The notes under the pieces: generated by a model
Seen by the model: the letters and a program-made list of their open reading frames with translations, nothing else
Told to the model about the DNA's origin: nothing
The model's database searches: none
Translations under genes and position numbers: made by a program
Assembly: GCA_964549615.1 (NCBI GenBank)
Contig: CAZJVP010000020.1
Coordinates: forward strand, 1 to 64,000
Direction of reading: 5' to 3'
Source: an uncultured Thermococci archaeon
GTDB taxonomy: Archaea; CAYQAE01; CAYVLA01
Length of the DNA: 64,000 bases
Shown: one piece after another, positions 19,267-30,390 of the stretch
Position numbering within the stretch: the stretch's first letter is position 1
Layout of the letters: each line of letters starts with the position of its first letter

Positions 19267-20250
19267 ATGAGGCCGGACATGGAGAAGCTTGAGGATTGGG
19301 CACGCCTCGCGCTCCAATGGGCCTCCCAAGTCCTAGACGCGAATCCCCCCGGCAGCCCCAACGGCAAGGCGCGAAGAGATGCGCTGCTCGCCATCGATGA
19401 TGTCCTTCACATCGGGGCTGCAGCGGATCTTCGGCCCGTTCAGCAGTTCTACCGATCACGCATCGCCCGCGCGGTGCGCGAGGTGCGGGCGGAGCAGGTG
19501 AGCTCCGGAGCCATGATATGGAAGATGTACAATCACGGGTTCATCGTAAAGACGTCGCGGGCAACGATCGGGCTGGACCTGGTGCGTGGCTACGGCGGCA
19601 CGACCATGCCCGACGATGCTGCGGCTGAACTGGCCCGGACGGTTCAGGTCGCGACTATCAGCCACTGGCACGAAGACCATGCCGATCTGGAGCTCTGCCG
19701 AAGCATCTCGGCCTGCGGTGGGCAGATCCTAGTGCCGCCGGACCTTTTTAAGAGGTGGTCGTCGGAAGGAGGGCTGGATCTGGTCGAGATGGTCCCGGGA
19801 AGATCCCACCACGGCCGGGGCGTGATGTTCGAAGCTGTTGAAGGACACCACGACGGGCCCCCAGACAGTTGTGACCTGAACATGTACTACGCCGTAACCG
19901 GGGACGGGGTGTCGCTGCTGCACACGGGCGATCACTGGATCAATCGTCGAATGCCCCTTTCTGCCAGTGACGAGTCCTTTCTTGACAGCGTCTGCCAGGA
20001 CTACCGAGTGGACATCTTGCTGGTTAACCGCAGCCCGTACCAGTTCCGCACGATCGTCGAGAAGTTCAAGCCACAGATTGCGATCTCGTCCCATGAGAAC
20101 GAGTTGAGCCACGACATAGCTGCCAGGGCAACCTACGCTGCGAGCTTGGAGCAGTTGGCCAAGGTCCAAGTCCCCTCATTCACGTTGGCGTGGGGCGAGA
20201 AGCTGGCCTACGGCCGGGGGTATTTGGGCCCAAACGACAAGCTGGGCTGA
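19267..20250 (+). CDS. MBL-fold metallo-hydrolase (UlaG-like)
   Basis: KMYNHGFIVKT, SHWHEDH (HxHxDH), H.GD, SHENEL.H; start at ATG 19267 or 19279. Confidence 0.8.
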   Translation: MRPDMEKLEDWARLALQWASQVLDANPPGSPNGKARRDALLAIDDVLHIGAAADLRPVQQFYRSRIARAVREVRAEQVSSGAMIWKMYNHGFIVKTSRATIGLDLVRGYGGTTMPDDAAAELARTVQVATISHWHEDHADLELCRSISACGGQILVPPDLFKRWSSEGGLDLVEMVPGRSHHGRGVMFEAVEGHHDGPPDSCDLNMYYAVTGDGVSLLHTGDHWINRRMPLSASDESFLDSVCQDYRVDILLVNRSPYQFRTIVEKFKPQIAISSHENELSHDIAARATYAASLEQLAKVQVPSFTLAWGEKLAYGRGYLGPNDKLG

Positions 20251-20419
20251 CTCCAAGGCCTTTCTTCCACCTCCGAGGCCAAGGCGGGTGGCTCGTCTGA
20301 TCTAGGCCCAAACATTATTAGACCGGCCCACGGGTTGCATCGGCTCGGACTCTGGGCGAGAGGTAGGGAGAGCAATGGGTGCGATCCCAGCCGCTGGCCG
20401 TGATGGAAGGTGCTGATCT

Positions 20420-23400
20420 ATGTCGCAGGTCTCACTCGAGGATGCATACAGGCAAATCGCACGCTACCGAAGGCTCGCCAACTGGCGAACGGCGAAAGGG
20501 GAGTTCCCCGAGGCAAAAGGCGCGGAATTCGATGATTCCTCTTGGGAGGAGTTCAGCCCCGGCTATGGATGGAGCCGGAAGGAGGGGGAGCGCTGGTTTC
20601 GACGCGAAATCGTGATCCCGGAGCAGATCCATGGTGTGCCCGTAGAGGGCTCGCGCGTGGAAGTCCGCCTGGTTCTCCTCGCCGGGGCCGAGCTGTACAT
20701 CGATGGAAGATTCGTCGCAAGCGACGGCTACTGGTTTGACTCAATCCAGACGCTATGCGAGCACGCCACGCCCGGCAAGCTCCATACCATCGCCATCCGC
20801 AGTCCCCCCGCTGACACCTGGGGGTCTTTCGGCCTGGCTGAGTGGTACATCGACTCGGTCGAACGGATGCTCTTTGACGTTGGCGTCGTGGTCGCTCGAG
20901 CTCGCGTCATCCGCGATCTTGCCTCTCTGGGTCAGATCAACAGAAAGACCCCCGGGGCCAGGGCGGCCCTCGGAGGCCTAAGCCTGCAGCTCGGTGAAGA
21001 GCAGGACCTAAGAGCGCTTTCCAGGGCGGCCGCAGCGTACAACGCCAAGCTCCTTCGCGCGTCCTCCGCACTCGACAGGCTTACATCGTTCTTGGTCGGG
21101 CATGCCCACATCGACATGAATTGGCTGTGGCCTTACGAGGAGACCGTGGAGACCTGCAGACGCACCTTCCTTTCGGTGGACAGGCTCATGGACGAATTCC
21201 CGGACTTCGTCTTCTCTCAGAGCCAGGCTGCCGTCTACCAGATGATGGAGGAGTTTCACCCGGAGGTCTTCCGTGCCATCCAAAGACGCGTCAAGGAGGG
21301 GCGTTGGGATGTCACGGCTTCCACCTGGGTCGAGAACGACCTGAATATGGCCAGCGGGGAGAGCCTGGTTCGACAGACGACCTGTGCACTGAATTACATC
21401 GAGGACAGGTTTGGCGTCACGCCGCGCGTGTGCTGGTGCCCCGATACCTTCGGCCATCCCTGGACATACCCGCAGATACTCAGGAAGTGCGGGCTGAACT
21501 ACTACTATGCCCATCGTTGCCCACGCCAGGAGAAGGAGCACCTGATGTGGTGGGAGGCGCCAGACGGCTCGAGGGTCCTCGTGTTCAATGAGGGCGAAAC
21601 CTACAATAACTCAGTCTCCCCTGAACTCGTCAGGTATTTCCCGAAGATGCTGCGGAATTACGGGCTGCCCGCACACCTCGTGGTGTTCGGGGTAGGGGAC
21701 CACGGCGGTGGCCCGACGCGCAGAGACCTCATCAACGCGGAACTAGTCAACAGACAGAAGGGGTTTCCCCGGTTCCGTCATGCCCGGGCCGACGAGTTCT
21801 TTCGGGCCGTCGAGGACTGCCCGCGCATACCGGTGGTCCGCAACGAGCTGAACTTCACCTTCGAAGGCTGCTACACGACCCACGGGGATATCAAGTGGAT
21901 GAACCGGCGGGGAGAGTCCATGCTGCACGAAGCCGAGGTCATTGCCTCGCTGGCGGCCACCGAGGGCGCAAGGTACCCCCTTGCAAGCCTTGAGAAAGCA
22001 TGGCGCAAAGTCCTGTTCAACCAGTTCCACGACCTTCTAGACGGCTCCGCAATCCATGCCGCATACGAACACTCGCGGAAGATCTTCAAAGAGGCCAGCA
22101 AGACGTGTGCGCGCGTCGCCGCCCAGGCTGAGTCCGTCCTTGTGGATCGGAACCCCGGAAAGCAAGGGGCAAGGGTTGTAACCGTCTTCAACCCGCTCGG
22201 TTGGGAGAGCACCGAGACGGTCAGCGTCGGGCGCAGGGAGGAGTGCCCAGACGTAACCGTGGTGGATGTTGCCACGGGCCAACGGGTTCCCTCCCAGGTG
22301 CAGGAGTCGGAGATTCTGTTCACGGCGAACGTGCCGGCCATCGGCACGACGAGCTACAGGATAGCGCGGGACAGAAGAGCGAAGCAGAGTGGACAGGACC
22401 CGGATGCCCCTCGAGCGATCGCCTCGGAAAGGCCGGGGCGGCCCCACATCCTTGAGAACAGGTACTTCCGCTTGGCGATCTCACCGGCCTCCGGAACGGT
22501 GGTGTCCCTCTTCGACAAGCGACTGAACAGGGAGCTTGTGAGCGCCTCGGAACCGGCGAACCTCCTGCAGCTGTGTTACGAGAAGCCCCATGGAATGTCG
22601 GCGTGGACGATAGGCCCGATATCCAGGATTGAGAACCTCCTCGACAACGCAAAGACACAGGTGGCCTACCAGGGACCCGTGAAGGCAGCGATCAGGGTGG
22701 AGAGGGACTTCGGGAGATCCTACCTCAAACAGGACATCGTTGTGCACCGCGACGTCCCAAGGATCGACTTCGTCACGGAGATCGACTGGCAGGAGGTTGG
22801 CGGGCCGCAAACCGATTCGCCCATGCTCAAGGTTGCTTTCCCGTGGGCCCATTCATCGCCCGTGTGCGTTCGGGAGATCCCGTTCGGACATATCGAATCT
22901 CCAACGAATGGGTCGGAGATCCCGTCCCTCACCTTCCTTGAGCTGCCCGGAGAGGGCTTCGGCATCGCCCTCATCAATGACTGCAAGTACGGCCACGACG
23001 TGAAGGGAAATACGGTTCGTCTCACCCTACTTCGTTCCGCTTACGACCCAGATCCGATGCCAGACGTCGGTCGCCACCTCATCACATACTCGGTTTTTCC
23101 CCACGCCGGGGACTGGAAGGAATCCGAGGTATGGAAACGGGGCCACGAGCTCAACTCCCCGATGCGCATAATCGATGGAGCGTCGTCGAAGAGGAGATCC
23201 TGGATGTCCGTTGACGCCTGCGGCGTTGACGTTTCCGCCTTGAAGGGCGCGGACGACGGGAACGGCTTGGTCGTCCGTCTGGTTGAGATGAACGGCAGGC
23301 GAGTCAAGTTCGGCATCAACTTCGGCTTCAAGGCCAAAGGATTGCGCAAGTGCGACCTGCGGGAGCGTCCCATCCGAGGAAAACCCATCAAGGTGGTGAA

Positions 23401-23482
23401 GGGACGAGCGACCCTTGAGCTTGCGCCCCACGAGATAGGCACATGGAGGATCGAGATACCGCTGGCGGCAAGTCGTGCCTAG
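20420..23482 (+). CDS. Glycoside hydrolase family 38 alpha-mannosidase
   Basis: GHAHIDMNWLW, SQ, GESLVRQ, W.PDTFGH, G.GDHGGG, NQFHD.L.GS, LTLLRS. Confidence 0.95.
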   Translation: MSQVSLEDAYRQIARYRRLANWRTAKGEFPEAKGAEFDDSSWEEFSPGYGWSRKEGERWFRREIVIPEQIHGVPVEGSRVEVRLVLLAGAELYIDGRFVASDGYWFDSIQTLCEHATPGKLHTIAIRSPPADTWGSFGLAEWYIDSVERMLFDVGVVVARARVIRDLASLGQINRKTPGARAALGGLSLQLGEEQDLRALSRAAAAYNAKLLRASSALDRLTSFLVGHAHIDMNWLWPYEETVETCRRTFLSVDRLMDEFPDFVFSQSQAAVYQMMEEFHPEVFRAIQRRVKEGRWDVTASTWVENDLNMASGESLVRQTTCALNYIEDRFGVTPRVCWCPDTFGHPWTYPQILRKCGLNYYYAHRCPRQEKEHLMWWEAPDGSRVLVFNEGETYNNSVSPELVRYFPKMLRNYGLPAHLVVFGVGDHGGGPTRRDLINAELVNRQKGFPRFRHARADEFFRAVEDCPRIPVVRNELNFTFEGCYTTHGDIKWMNRRGESMLHEAEVIASLAATEGARYPLASLEKAWRKVLFNQFHDLLDGSAIHAAYEHSRKIFKEASKTCARVAAQAESVLVDRNPGKQGARVVTVFNPLGWESTETVSVGRREECPDVTVVDVATGQRVPSQVQESEILFTANVPAIGTTSYRIARDRRAKQSGQDPDAPRAIASERPGRPHILENRYFRLAISPASGTVVSLFDKRLNRELVSASEPANLLQLCYEKPHGMSAWTIGPISRIENLLDNAKTQVAYQGPVKAAIRVERDFGRSYLKQDIVVHRDVPRIDFVTEIDWQEVGGPQTDSPMLKVAFPWAHSSPVCVREIPFGHIESPTNGSEIPSLTFLELPGEGFGIALINDCKYGHDVKGNTVRLTLLRSAYDPDPMPDVGRHLITYSVFPHAGDWKESEVWKRGHELNSPMRIIDGASSKRRSWMSVDACGVDVSALKGADDGNGLVVRLVEMNGRRVKFGINFGFKAKGLRKCDLRERPIRGKPIKVVKGRATLELAPHEIGTWRIEIPLAASRA

Positions 23483-23513
23483 CTGGCTGGGGCTTGAGCT
23501 CGGGCCACCAACA

Positions 23514-24719
23514 TCATCGCTGGAATCTGGTTTGCTGAACCTGGCGGTACAGCTTTCTTCTCACCATCAAGCCCCAGAGCAAGGTTCCACCGATTGCGAA
23601 GGTCGCCGTCACCACCGACCACTCGATCAAGTAGATCCAGGTCATCGCCTGATCCTTCAGCCGAATGACCCTCGCCGAAGCCCTCCTTAGAGCATTTAGG
23701 GCTTCCTCCAACAACGCTATGCTGCCCTCAAAATCCATGCCGATGTACAGATCCGTCGATTCCACGTGCTTCGCATCCGCCTCGGCGATCATGCCGTTGA
23801 CGACTCCCGTGTTGGCGCCCAGCTTTTCAGCAAAATCCATCAGCGAGAAGATGTAGGCCCGTTCAGACCTGTAGGTAAGATACATGCCCCTTGCTCTGTG
23901 AACGGTCTCAAGATCGGACGGGATCGGGCTTTCTGAAAGGTACATCATCAGATTGACCGCGAAATCCCCGTAGTAAGGCCACCTCATGAAAACCACGCCG
24001 CCGGCCGGGGTCCAGTCGCCGGTCATCGCGAAGCACCTGCCCTCCCCTATGTCCCATGTGGCCCAGAAAGGATTCCGCTTTCCCGCGACGTAGACCATCT
24101 CGGCTAGGAGCCGGGCCTCCTCCTTGAGGATAACCTCATTCCCATCGTACCAGGCCATCCAAGGCCATCTCTGCCCGAGGGGGAGGGTGGAAAGCAACTC
24201 ATCCTCCGGCGTCAGGATCTCGATGCGGCCTTGGGTCCAACCGCCACTGATGCACCAAACGGGCAGGATGTCTTGGACCACCGTGGCTCCCCACGAGGGA
24301 TTGGGCCTGCCACCGAAGCCCGCGTTCCCGCCGATCATCACCAGCCCGGAACCATCCTTGATTACGGCATCCTTGAACCACTGGTAATGCTGGTGCTCGA
24401 AGATGAAAACGTCGGCGTCGCTTATGATGATCGCGTCGTTCTCGCACAACCTAGCGTAGCTGCGCGGGATGTATTGCCTGAACATCCGCCTAGCGACATC
24501 CGGGCCGACACCTTCCATCGAACTCGGCCAAGCGAAGCGCAAGGAGATCGTCGGCTCTGCCTCCATCGCCGGGTATGGGCTCGAAGCGCTATAGTCGCCG
24601 ATATACAGCACCCTGACCTTTCCCGTCTCCGCGTCCCGTCTTGAGCTCGAGGAGCTCGAGCATGCGATGAGACAAACCGAGACTGCCCAGGCGGCCGCAA
24701 CAACGCTGTTTCGGGACAA
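23514..24719 (-). CDS. Secreted class-I GATase-like (DUF1355-like) protein with helical stalk and C-terminal TM
   Basis: Signal peptide, RVLYIGD, DAIIISD, GLVMIGG..GFGG, ILPV, G.GR.F; C-terminal TM+RR. Confidence 0.7.
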   Translation of the reverse strand: MSRNSVVAAAWAVSVCLIACSSSSSSRRDAETGKVRVLYIGDYSASSPYPAMEAEPTISLRFAWPSSMEGVGPDVARRMFRQYIPRSYARLCENDAIIISDADVFIFEHQHYQWFKDAVIKDGSGLVMIGGNAGFGGRPNPSWGATVVQDILPVWCISGGWTQGRIEILTPEDELLSTLPLGQRWPWMAWYDGNEVILKEEARLLAEMVYVAGKRNPFWATWDIGEGRCFAMTGDWTPAGGVVFMRWPYYGDFAVNLMMYLSESPIPSDLETVHRARGMYLTYRSERAYIFSLMDFAEKLGANTGVVNGMIAEADAKHVESTDLYIGMDFEGSIALLEEALNALRRASARVIRLKDQAMTWIYLIEWSVVTATFAIGGTLLWGLMVRRKLYRQVQQTRFQR

Positions 24720-24916
24720 CTTGCTCGGTGCCGTCGGCTGGTCCTTAAATTTCTATTTAGGTGCCCAGAGGGGGGAGGCCGGTGAACGGCTCGTCGCCAG
24801 ACCATCTCCCTAGGCGCGCATGCCTCCGGCGATCAGGACGCATGCACTGTCAAGATGACACCTCGGTGCCTTGCCCACTCAGAGGAATTTAACTACCCAG
24901 CGTCATTCGACGAGAC

Positions 24917-25684
24917 ATGGAAGATCTGCGGTTGGCCCGAGTTCTTAGGAACTGGGGTCCCTTCGGAAGGACCGAGAACCATGTGGGGGTATTCACCGTC
25001 GGGAACCCCTGCGAGGGGCATGGACCGGCCCTGCCAAGAGATATCGATGATAGGGTGGTCAAGGCCCTTGCCTTCAGGGCCTGCGATGCGACGGGCGCCT
25101 ACTATTGCGGCCATGTTCCCTTCACCTCCGACCGCGTCGGGAGCATAGCCACCGCATGGTCCCCCTTGTGGATTCCCGAGAGCGAGATGATCACGAGAAC
25201 CGCGGAGTTCATAAGGACCTATCTTGGCATGACGAGACTGGACTTCCAGCGGGTCTGCCTGCTCAACGGCCATGGGGGCAACAACTTCATTGCCTCGCGC
25301 CAAGACGAGCTGTCCGAGAAGGCAGGGCGGCCAATAGAGTTCATAATCCCTTTTGAAGGCGTTGAGACGGGGCACGCCGACACCTTGGAGCACTCGGTCG
25401 CCGCATACCTGGGCCTGGTCGACGCGGGAAAGCTCGCGAGGATGAATGCTCTCATTCGGAAGGATCCCAAGGAAGCCCTGAGAAGATGGCCCCCTATCGG
25501 TGGCCTAGGCGGGTACCTGATCTTCGGTGGAAAAAAGTTCGCGGAGCTTAGAAGGCCCGAGTACGGCCTCACCGAATGCTTAGAAGGTTTCCTCGCGGAT
25601 CGGGAAATCAGGGCCGACATGATCCTCGGCAGAAAACTGTTCGACGACATGCTGAGCGCGGCATGCAGGGCGCTCAAGGTCTAG
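24917..25684 (+). CDS. Creatininase-family amidohydrolase, ArfB-like deformylase
   Basis: EGHGPALPRDID, NGHGGN, HADTLE metal-binding motifs. Confidence 0.75.
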   Translation: MEDLRLARVLRNWGPFGRTENHVGVFTVGNPCEGHGPALPRDIDDRVVKALAFRACDATGAYYCGHVPFTSDRVGSIATAWSPLWIPESEMITRTAEFIRTYLGMTRLDFQRVCLLNGHGGNNFIASRQDELSEKAGRPIEFIIPFEGVETGHADTLEHSVAAYLGLVDAGKLARMNALIRKDPKEALRRWPPIGGLGGYLIFGGKKFAELRRPEYGLTECLEGFLADREIRADMILGRKLFDDMLSAACRALKV

Positions 25685-25716
25685 TTGGCGGACCCAGAAA
25701 GCCCTGGAACGACCCG

Positions 25717-26211
25717 CTACCTTGCCACCCTAACATCGACCGTCACGTTCTCCCCCCGTCTTCCGACCACGAAGAACCTTGCCGTAGACAGGCCGTTAGG
25801 GATCTTCGAACGATCCAACATGACTCTTACTACGTCCTTCTCGGTGCTGACGATGCCCGAGCTGGGCGCGACCGTGAGCCAGACTGGGTTACCCTGGACC
25901 TCCCACCTTATGGTCCCTGTGCCGTTGTTGGCTATGACGATCTCTGCCTCGCTCTGCTGAGGCCCGAATTCCAAGAGCCGGGGTTCCACAGAGAGGATGT
26001 GCTTCATGGTTGCGATCTGCACCAGGATCAGAACGGCTAGCACGATCCAGAAGCCATACCAGACCACCCACTTCCTCCGCGGAATCTTGAGCCCGTACCT
26101 GCGCGTGAAGAGGGGAAGCAGGAGGGGGATAAGCAGGGTGGCGAAAAGACCCACCACGTTCGGGTTCATGAGAACGAGCCAAAAGCCTACCAATAAAAAT
26201 GAACTTGGCAA
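25717..26211 (-). CDS. Small membrane protein with C-terminal BACON-like Ig domain
   Basis: About 3 TM helices, then 'L.F...I.N.G.G.I.W.V....WLTV.P.SG' pattern. Confidence 0.7.
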   Translation of the reverse strand: MPSSFLLVGFWLVLMNPNVVGLFATLLIPLLLPLFTRRYGLKIPRRKWVVWYGFWIVLAVLILVQIATMKHILSVEPRLLEFGPQQSEAEIVIANNGTGTIRWEVQGNPVWLTVAPSSGIVSTEKDVVRVMLDRSKIPNGLSTARFFVVGRRGENVTVDVRVAR

Positions 26212-26212
26212 C

Positions 26213-28963
26213 CTACGCGGGACCCGGGATCCGAAGCTCCCCTATCACTTTTCGTGCTGCAGCAAGGCCGTCGGCCAACCTATCTGGCTTCCCCGCGCCT
26301 CGTCCGATCTTCTCAGAACCGCCTCCCCCGCCTTCCATCGCCCTGGCCACCTCCCTTGCCGCTCGGCCTGCGTTGAAGCCTCTCGAAACGGCCAGGTCGC
26401 CGGACAAAACCGCAACGGGAGCCCTCCCCTCCTTATCTCCGCCTCCCAGGAGGATAAGTATGCGGTCTTGACGTTCCAGCCTTTGCCCGATTTTCATGAG
26501 AACATCTGCCCCAACCCCCTCGACGACCTCCACCATGACCTGGAACTCTCCCAGGTTCTGGAGCTTGGACTCAAGCCCGCTAGCCAAGACGCGTGAAAGC
26601 AAGTCCTCCAGACGTTCGATGGCCTTCCCGCGCTCCTTCCACTCCGAGAAGAACCTCTGCACCGCTGCTGGGAGCTTCTCGTCCTCAACCCTCAGGACCT
26701 GCGATGCCTTCGCAAGGAGATCGCGCTTCTCTCGCAGCTTGGCGAATGCGGCTTGGCCGGCCACGAACTCTATCCTGCAGATCCCATCCTGTATCCTCTC
26801 GCTGCCCAGAATCGCGAGCACCCCTACGTCCCTCGTGTTGTCCAGATGCGTTCCCCCGCACGCCTCAACGTCCACCCCCTCGATGTTAACCACGCGGATG
26901 AGCCCGCCGGGCGGCGCTCCGCCCTGGTAGAGCCTGAAGCCGAACTTCGCCTCAGCATCCCTCCTGGCCATGAAGACTTTTTGGATGGGCACTTCCCTCC
27001 GAATGATCTCGTTGGCCAAGTCTTCGATCTTCCGAAGCTCCTCGGGCTCTATCCTCTCATAATGCGTGACGTCTAGCCTGGCAAAGTCGACATCCTTGTG
27101 TGCCCCGGCCTGCCATATGTGCTCCCCGAGCACCTTCCTAGCTGCGGCATTGATGATGTGGGTGGCCGTATGGTGGATCGTGAGTTGGCGCCTCCTCTGG
27201 GCATCCACTATGCACTTCACCCTCTGGCCCTCCGAGAAGGGGACGCTCTCCAGCTTGTGCACCACGATGTCCTTGGCCTTGTCGATGTCCAAGACCCTTG
27301 CCCCACCCAGCAGACCACCATCAGGCTCCTCGCCCCCCGACCTTGGATAGAAATAGGTGCGGTCTAAGACCACCAAGTTGCCCGGGATGATCCTCAGAAC
27401 TTTCGCTGTAAACTCCAGCTTCTTGTCATCCTCATAGAAACCCAGCTTCGTCTTCGGCAGCCCCTCCAATCCCAGGACCTGCTTCTCGGGCGGTGCCTCC
27501 TCGCCGGCCATGTGCTTCTCGGTGGTCTGAAGGTAGAAGTCCTTGGGTAGGCTGATTGACTTTCCCTCCCTTCTAGCCGCCTCCTCGATCAACTCGGGAG
27601 TTATGCCTTCCGATTCGTAGAGCCTCGTCAGCTCAGATATCCCAAAATGAGAGGTGCGGGAAATCAGGGAGGAGACCCTTGCCTTGGCACGGCCGAGGGC
27701 AGCCTCGTACCTGCGTTCCTCCACCTCCAGTATCCGGAGGATCTCGGGCATCCGTTCCAGCAACTCCGGACTCATCCGCTTCATGGTCTCAGCGTACCGC
27801 TCCGCAACCGCCTGCAGGCCGAACGGGAACTGGAACTCGTCGATGAAGGAGAGCGCCCTCCTCAGTATGACCCGCAGGTTGTAACCACCGCCAACGTTGC
27901 TGGGCAGGCCGCCATCAGCGATGGCAAAAGTCAGAGACCCGACGTGGTCGGCGACGGCGTATATGGCCTCGAAGGGCCTGATGAGGGACTCCATCTCGGA
28001 AGCCGAAATCCCTAGCTTCGCCGCGATATCGACCTTCGCCTTGGACATGTCCGGAACCTCGGTGGAGTCCACCGACCCAGCCAGCTTAGAGTAGGAAAGG
28101 AAAAGCCCCTCATCATACTTCAGCCCGGACTGGACCTTCATCCAGTCCGTCAGCTCCCCGAAGACGGCCTCGTACCCTGATGGCGTTCCCTGGGACAGCC
28201 ACGCGAACCTTTCCAACCCGGCCCCCATGTCTATGACGGGCTGCTTCATCCTAGTGAAGTTATCTGGTGTGCCCAGAAACTCGGTGAACACCGCATTGCC
28301 CAGCTCCAGCCCATCCACGAAGTACTCGAGCGAAGGGCCAAACGCGCTGGGGCCGACCCAGACGTCCTCAACCCAGACGATCTTCTCCTCCGGTATCCCG
28401 AAGGCCTCCACGAGCAGCCTCTGGTCGTACTCCACGCACTCGTCTTTCCAGTACCCCTGCTTCCCATCGTGTATGGAATGCTGTCCAACCATCACAAAGC
28501 CGGTGTAGTGCCTGCCCGTAACTCCGACGTTTGGAATGTCCCCAAACCTCAAGCACCGTTGCGGGATGATGAGGGGATTTGCCGGCATCTCGAAAGAGAC
28601 GTTGCCCAGCTCTTCCCTGTAGAAGGCCACTATGCTTGCGGCCGTGAAATATAGGGATGGGAACCAGCGGCAAAGCACGGGGTAACGCTTGACGGAGGTG
28701 TGTCCCTCCTTTACGAAGAACTTCTCGATCGTCTTCCAGGACTCGTAAAACCCCAGCCTCCTCTTGGTTGGCGGATTGCCTAGAAAGTCATAGTTCTGGC
28801 AGGGGGAATCGGGGCAGCTGAGCCTATCGGGGTCGGCGGTCCAAAACCACTTCCCACAGGTACACCTTCTCCGTTCGTATCCCCTCTCCTTGAACAGGTC
28901 GACCATGTAGTGCTTGCGGGGATCCGCGGAGAACCGGGCCCTGAGGAGTTCCTTGGTCTTCAA
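26213..28963 (-). CDS. alaS: Alanyl-tRNA synthetase (archaeal type)
   Basis: CxCG..FW, GRHYTGF, GLELGN.VF, DMGAGLER, GGGYNLR, HTATH editing motif, ACGGTH, GGGG DHHA1. Confidence 0.97.
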   Translation of the reverse strand: MKTKELLRARFSADPRKHYMVDLFKERGYERRRCTCGKWFWTADPDRLSCPDSPCQNYDFLGNPPTKRRLGFYESWKTIEKFFVKEGHTSVKRYPVLCRWFPSLYFTAASIVAFYREELGNVSFEMPANPLIIPQRCLRFGDIPNVGVTGRHYTGFVMVGQHSIHDGKQGYWKDECVEYDQRLLVEAFGIPEEKIVWVEDVWVGPSAFGPSLEYFVDGLELGNAVFTEFLGTPDNFTRMKQPVIDMGAGLERFAWLSQGTPSGYEAVFGELTDWMKVQSGLKYDEGLFLSYSKLAGSVDSTEVPDMSKAKVDIAAKLGISASEMESLIRPFEAIYAVADHVGSLTFAIADGGLPSNVGGGYNLRVILRRALSFIDEFQFPFGLQAVAERYAETMKRMSPELLERMPEILRILEVEERRYEAALGRAKARVSSLISRTSHFGISELTRLYESEGITPELIEEAARREGKSISLPKDFYLQTTEKHMAGEEAPPEKQVLGLEGLPKTKLGFYEDDKKLEFTAKVLRIIPGNLVVLDRTYFYPRSGGEEPDGGLLGGARVLDIDKAKDIVVHKLESVPFSEGQRVKCIVDAQRRRQLTIHHTATHIINAAARKVLGEHIWQAGAHKDVDFARLDVTHYERIEPEELRKIEDLANEIIRREVPIQKVFMARRDAEAKFGFRLYQGGAPPGGLIRVVNIEGVDVEACGGTHLDNTRDVGVLAILGSERIQDGICRIEFVAGQAAFAKLREKRDLLAKASQVLRVEDEKLPAAVQRFFSEWKERGKAIERLEDLLSRVLASGLESKLQNLGEFQVMVEVVEGVGADVLMKIGQRLERQDRILILLGGGDKEGRAPVAVLSGDLAVSRGFNAGRAAREVARAMEGGGGGSEKIGRGAGKPDRLADGLAAARKVIGELRIPGPA

Positions 28964-29036
28964 GCCCTTTCACCCCGCCGTAGCTAGCCCTTGGACTGCC
29001 TCGGTCCTGTCGGGCCCACGCAGAGGGTATTGGTGC

Positions 29037-29354
29037 TCAGCCGAATAGAGCGCCCAGGCCAGCAAGGCTCTCCTCTTCTTTCTTCTCCTCCTCTTTCGCC
29101 TTCTCCTCCTTCTTTGCAGCCTGCTCGGCGGCCGGGGCCTCTGCCTGTGGGGCCGCAGCTGGAGCGGCGGGAATCAGAGCAACCGACTTGGCTATTGCCT
29201 CGTCGATGTTGACTCCTTCCAAGGTGGCGACGAGAGCCTTGACCCTTGTCTCATCAACCTGTACGCCTGCCGACTTCAGAACCGCGGTTACATCCTTCTC
29301 GGTTATCTGCTTCCCAGCCGAGTGCAGGAGCAGCGCCGCGTACACATATTCCAT
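29037..29354 (-). CDS. rpl12: 50S ribosomal protein P1 (L12)
   Basis: [11 protein letters not shown]..., acidic tail, GLGALFG. Confidence 0.97.
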   Translation of the reverse strand: MEYVYAALLLHSAGKQITEKDVTAVLKSAGVQVDETRVKALVATLEGVNIDEAIAKSVALIPAAPAAAPQAEAPAAEQAAKKEEKAKEEEKKEEESLAGLGALFG

Positions 29355-29374
29355 CCCTTGACACCTCCGTAAGT

Positions 29375-30382
29375 CTAACCGAACAGGGCGCCCAGCCCGG
29401 GGCCCTCCTCCTCTTTCTGTTCCTTTCCCTGAGGAGCTTCAGACTTGACATCCTCGCGCCGGCCCTCCCGAGGCTGCGCCGGTTCGGGCTTCCGGCCCGC
29501 CCCAACCATGCGTTTCAGTTCCTCGTCCACGGATTCAGGGTTCCTCTGTAGGAGGACGGCTGCGAGACTGACCAATCGCAGGTGCGCCTGTCCAAGAAGG
29601 TCACCGATCGTATCCTTGGTCGGGATCCATGCTCCGAGGGACAGAGCCCTAGCCTTTCTGTGGCAGTCCTGCAGAAGCGGGACGATCGTCGCCCGCGTGA
29701 CATACCCGGCGTTGAAGGCGAGGTTGAATGCCTGACCCGCAGCGAGGGTGACCTCACGCAAGATGCCGGCCTGGTCGACGTCGAGGACCGGCCTGCTGAA
29801 AACCATGCGGTCCTGATAGATGGCTTTGACGTCAAGTCCCACTTTCATGGGTTCGATCCCGAGAGCGGAAAGTATCTCTGCCTTCAACCTGTCGATCGGC
29901 TGCCCTGCCTTCACGAGAAGCGTGTCCTCAAGGATCACCACCTTGCCCCTTTCGATGCGCGCCGGGATGCCCGCCTTCTGAAGCCTGGCAACCATCGGGC
30001 CTGGGGCGAAGGGCGTTATCCCCTTTGGAACCCACACGTCGTTAGGCGGCCTATGGCCCGGCTTGGCCTTGGACTTCACCTTGCGGTCCTCAAGGTACCT
30101 GAAGAGCTTGAAGGGGTTCATCTCCGTAAATAGGAGAGCCACTTCCCCCTCCATGAATTCCTTGAGGTTCTCGATCTTCTCCTTTCCTGACTTCGCAAGG
30201 GCCTGGAGGATGAGCGTCTTCTTGGAGACTCGGATGCGCACCTTGCCTTTCAGATCCCGCCGGATGGACTGAAACAAGTTGGCCGGGATCTCGTGGATGG
30301 AGGCGACGCCGACGACCGGGCTCTCCCTCGCGAGGGCCGCAATCGATTCGAGCTCTGACTTCTTCCAATCAACGCCTCGCAT
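29375..30382 (-). CDS. rpl10: 50S ribosomal protein L10 (P0)
   Basis: [19 protein letters not shown] tail. Confidence 0.96.
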   Translation of the reverse strand: MRGVDWKKSELESIAALARESPVVGVASIHEIPANLFQSIRRDLKGKVRIRVSKKTLILQALAKSGKEKIENLKEFMEGEVALLFTEMNPFKLFRYLEDRKVKSKAKPGHRPPNDVWVPKGITPFAPGPMVARLQKAGIPARIERGKVVILEDTLLVKAGQPIDRLKAEILSALGIEPMKVGLDVKAIYQDRMVFSRPVLDVDQAGILREVTLAAGQAFNLAFNAGYVTRATIVPLLQDCHRKARALSLGAWIPTKDTIGDLLGQAHLRLVSLAAVLLQRNPESVDEELKRMVGAGRKPEPAQPREGRREDVKSEAPQGKEQKEEEGPGLGALFG

Positions 30383-30390
30383 ACGGTCAC

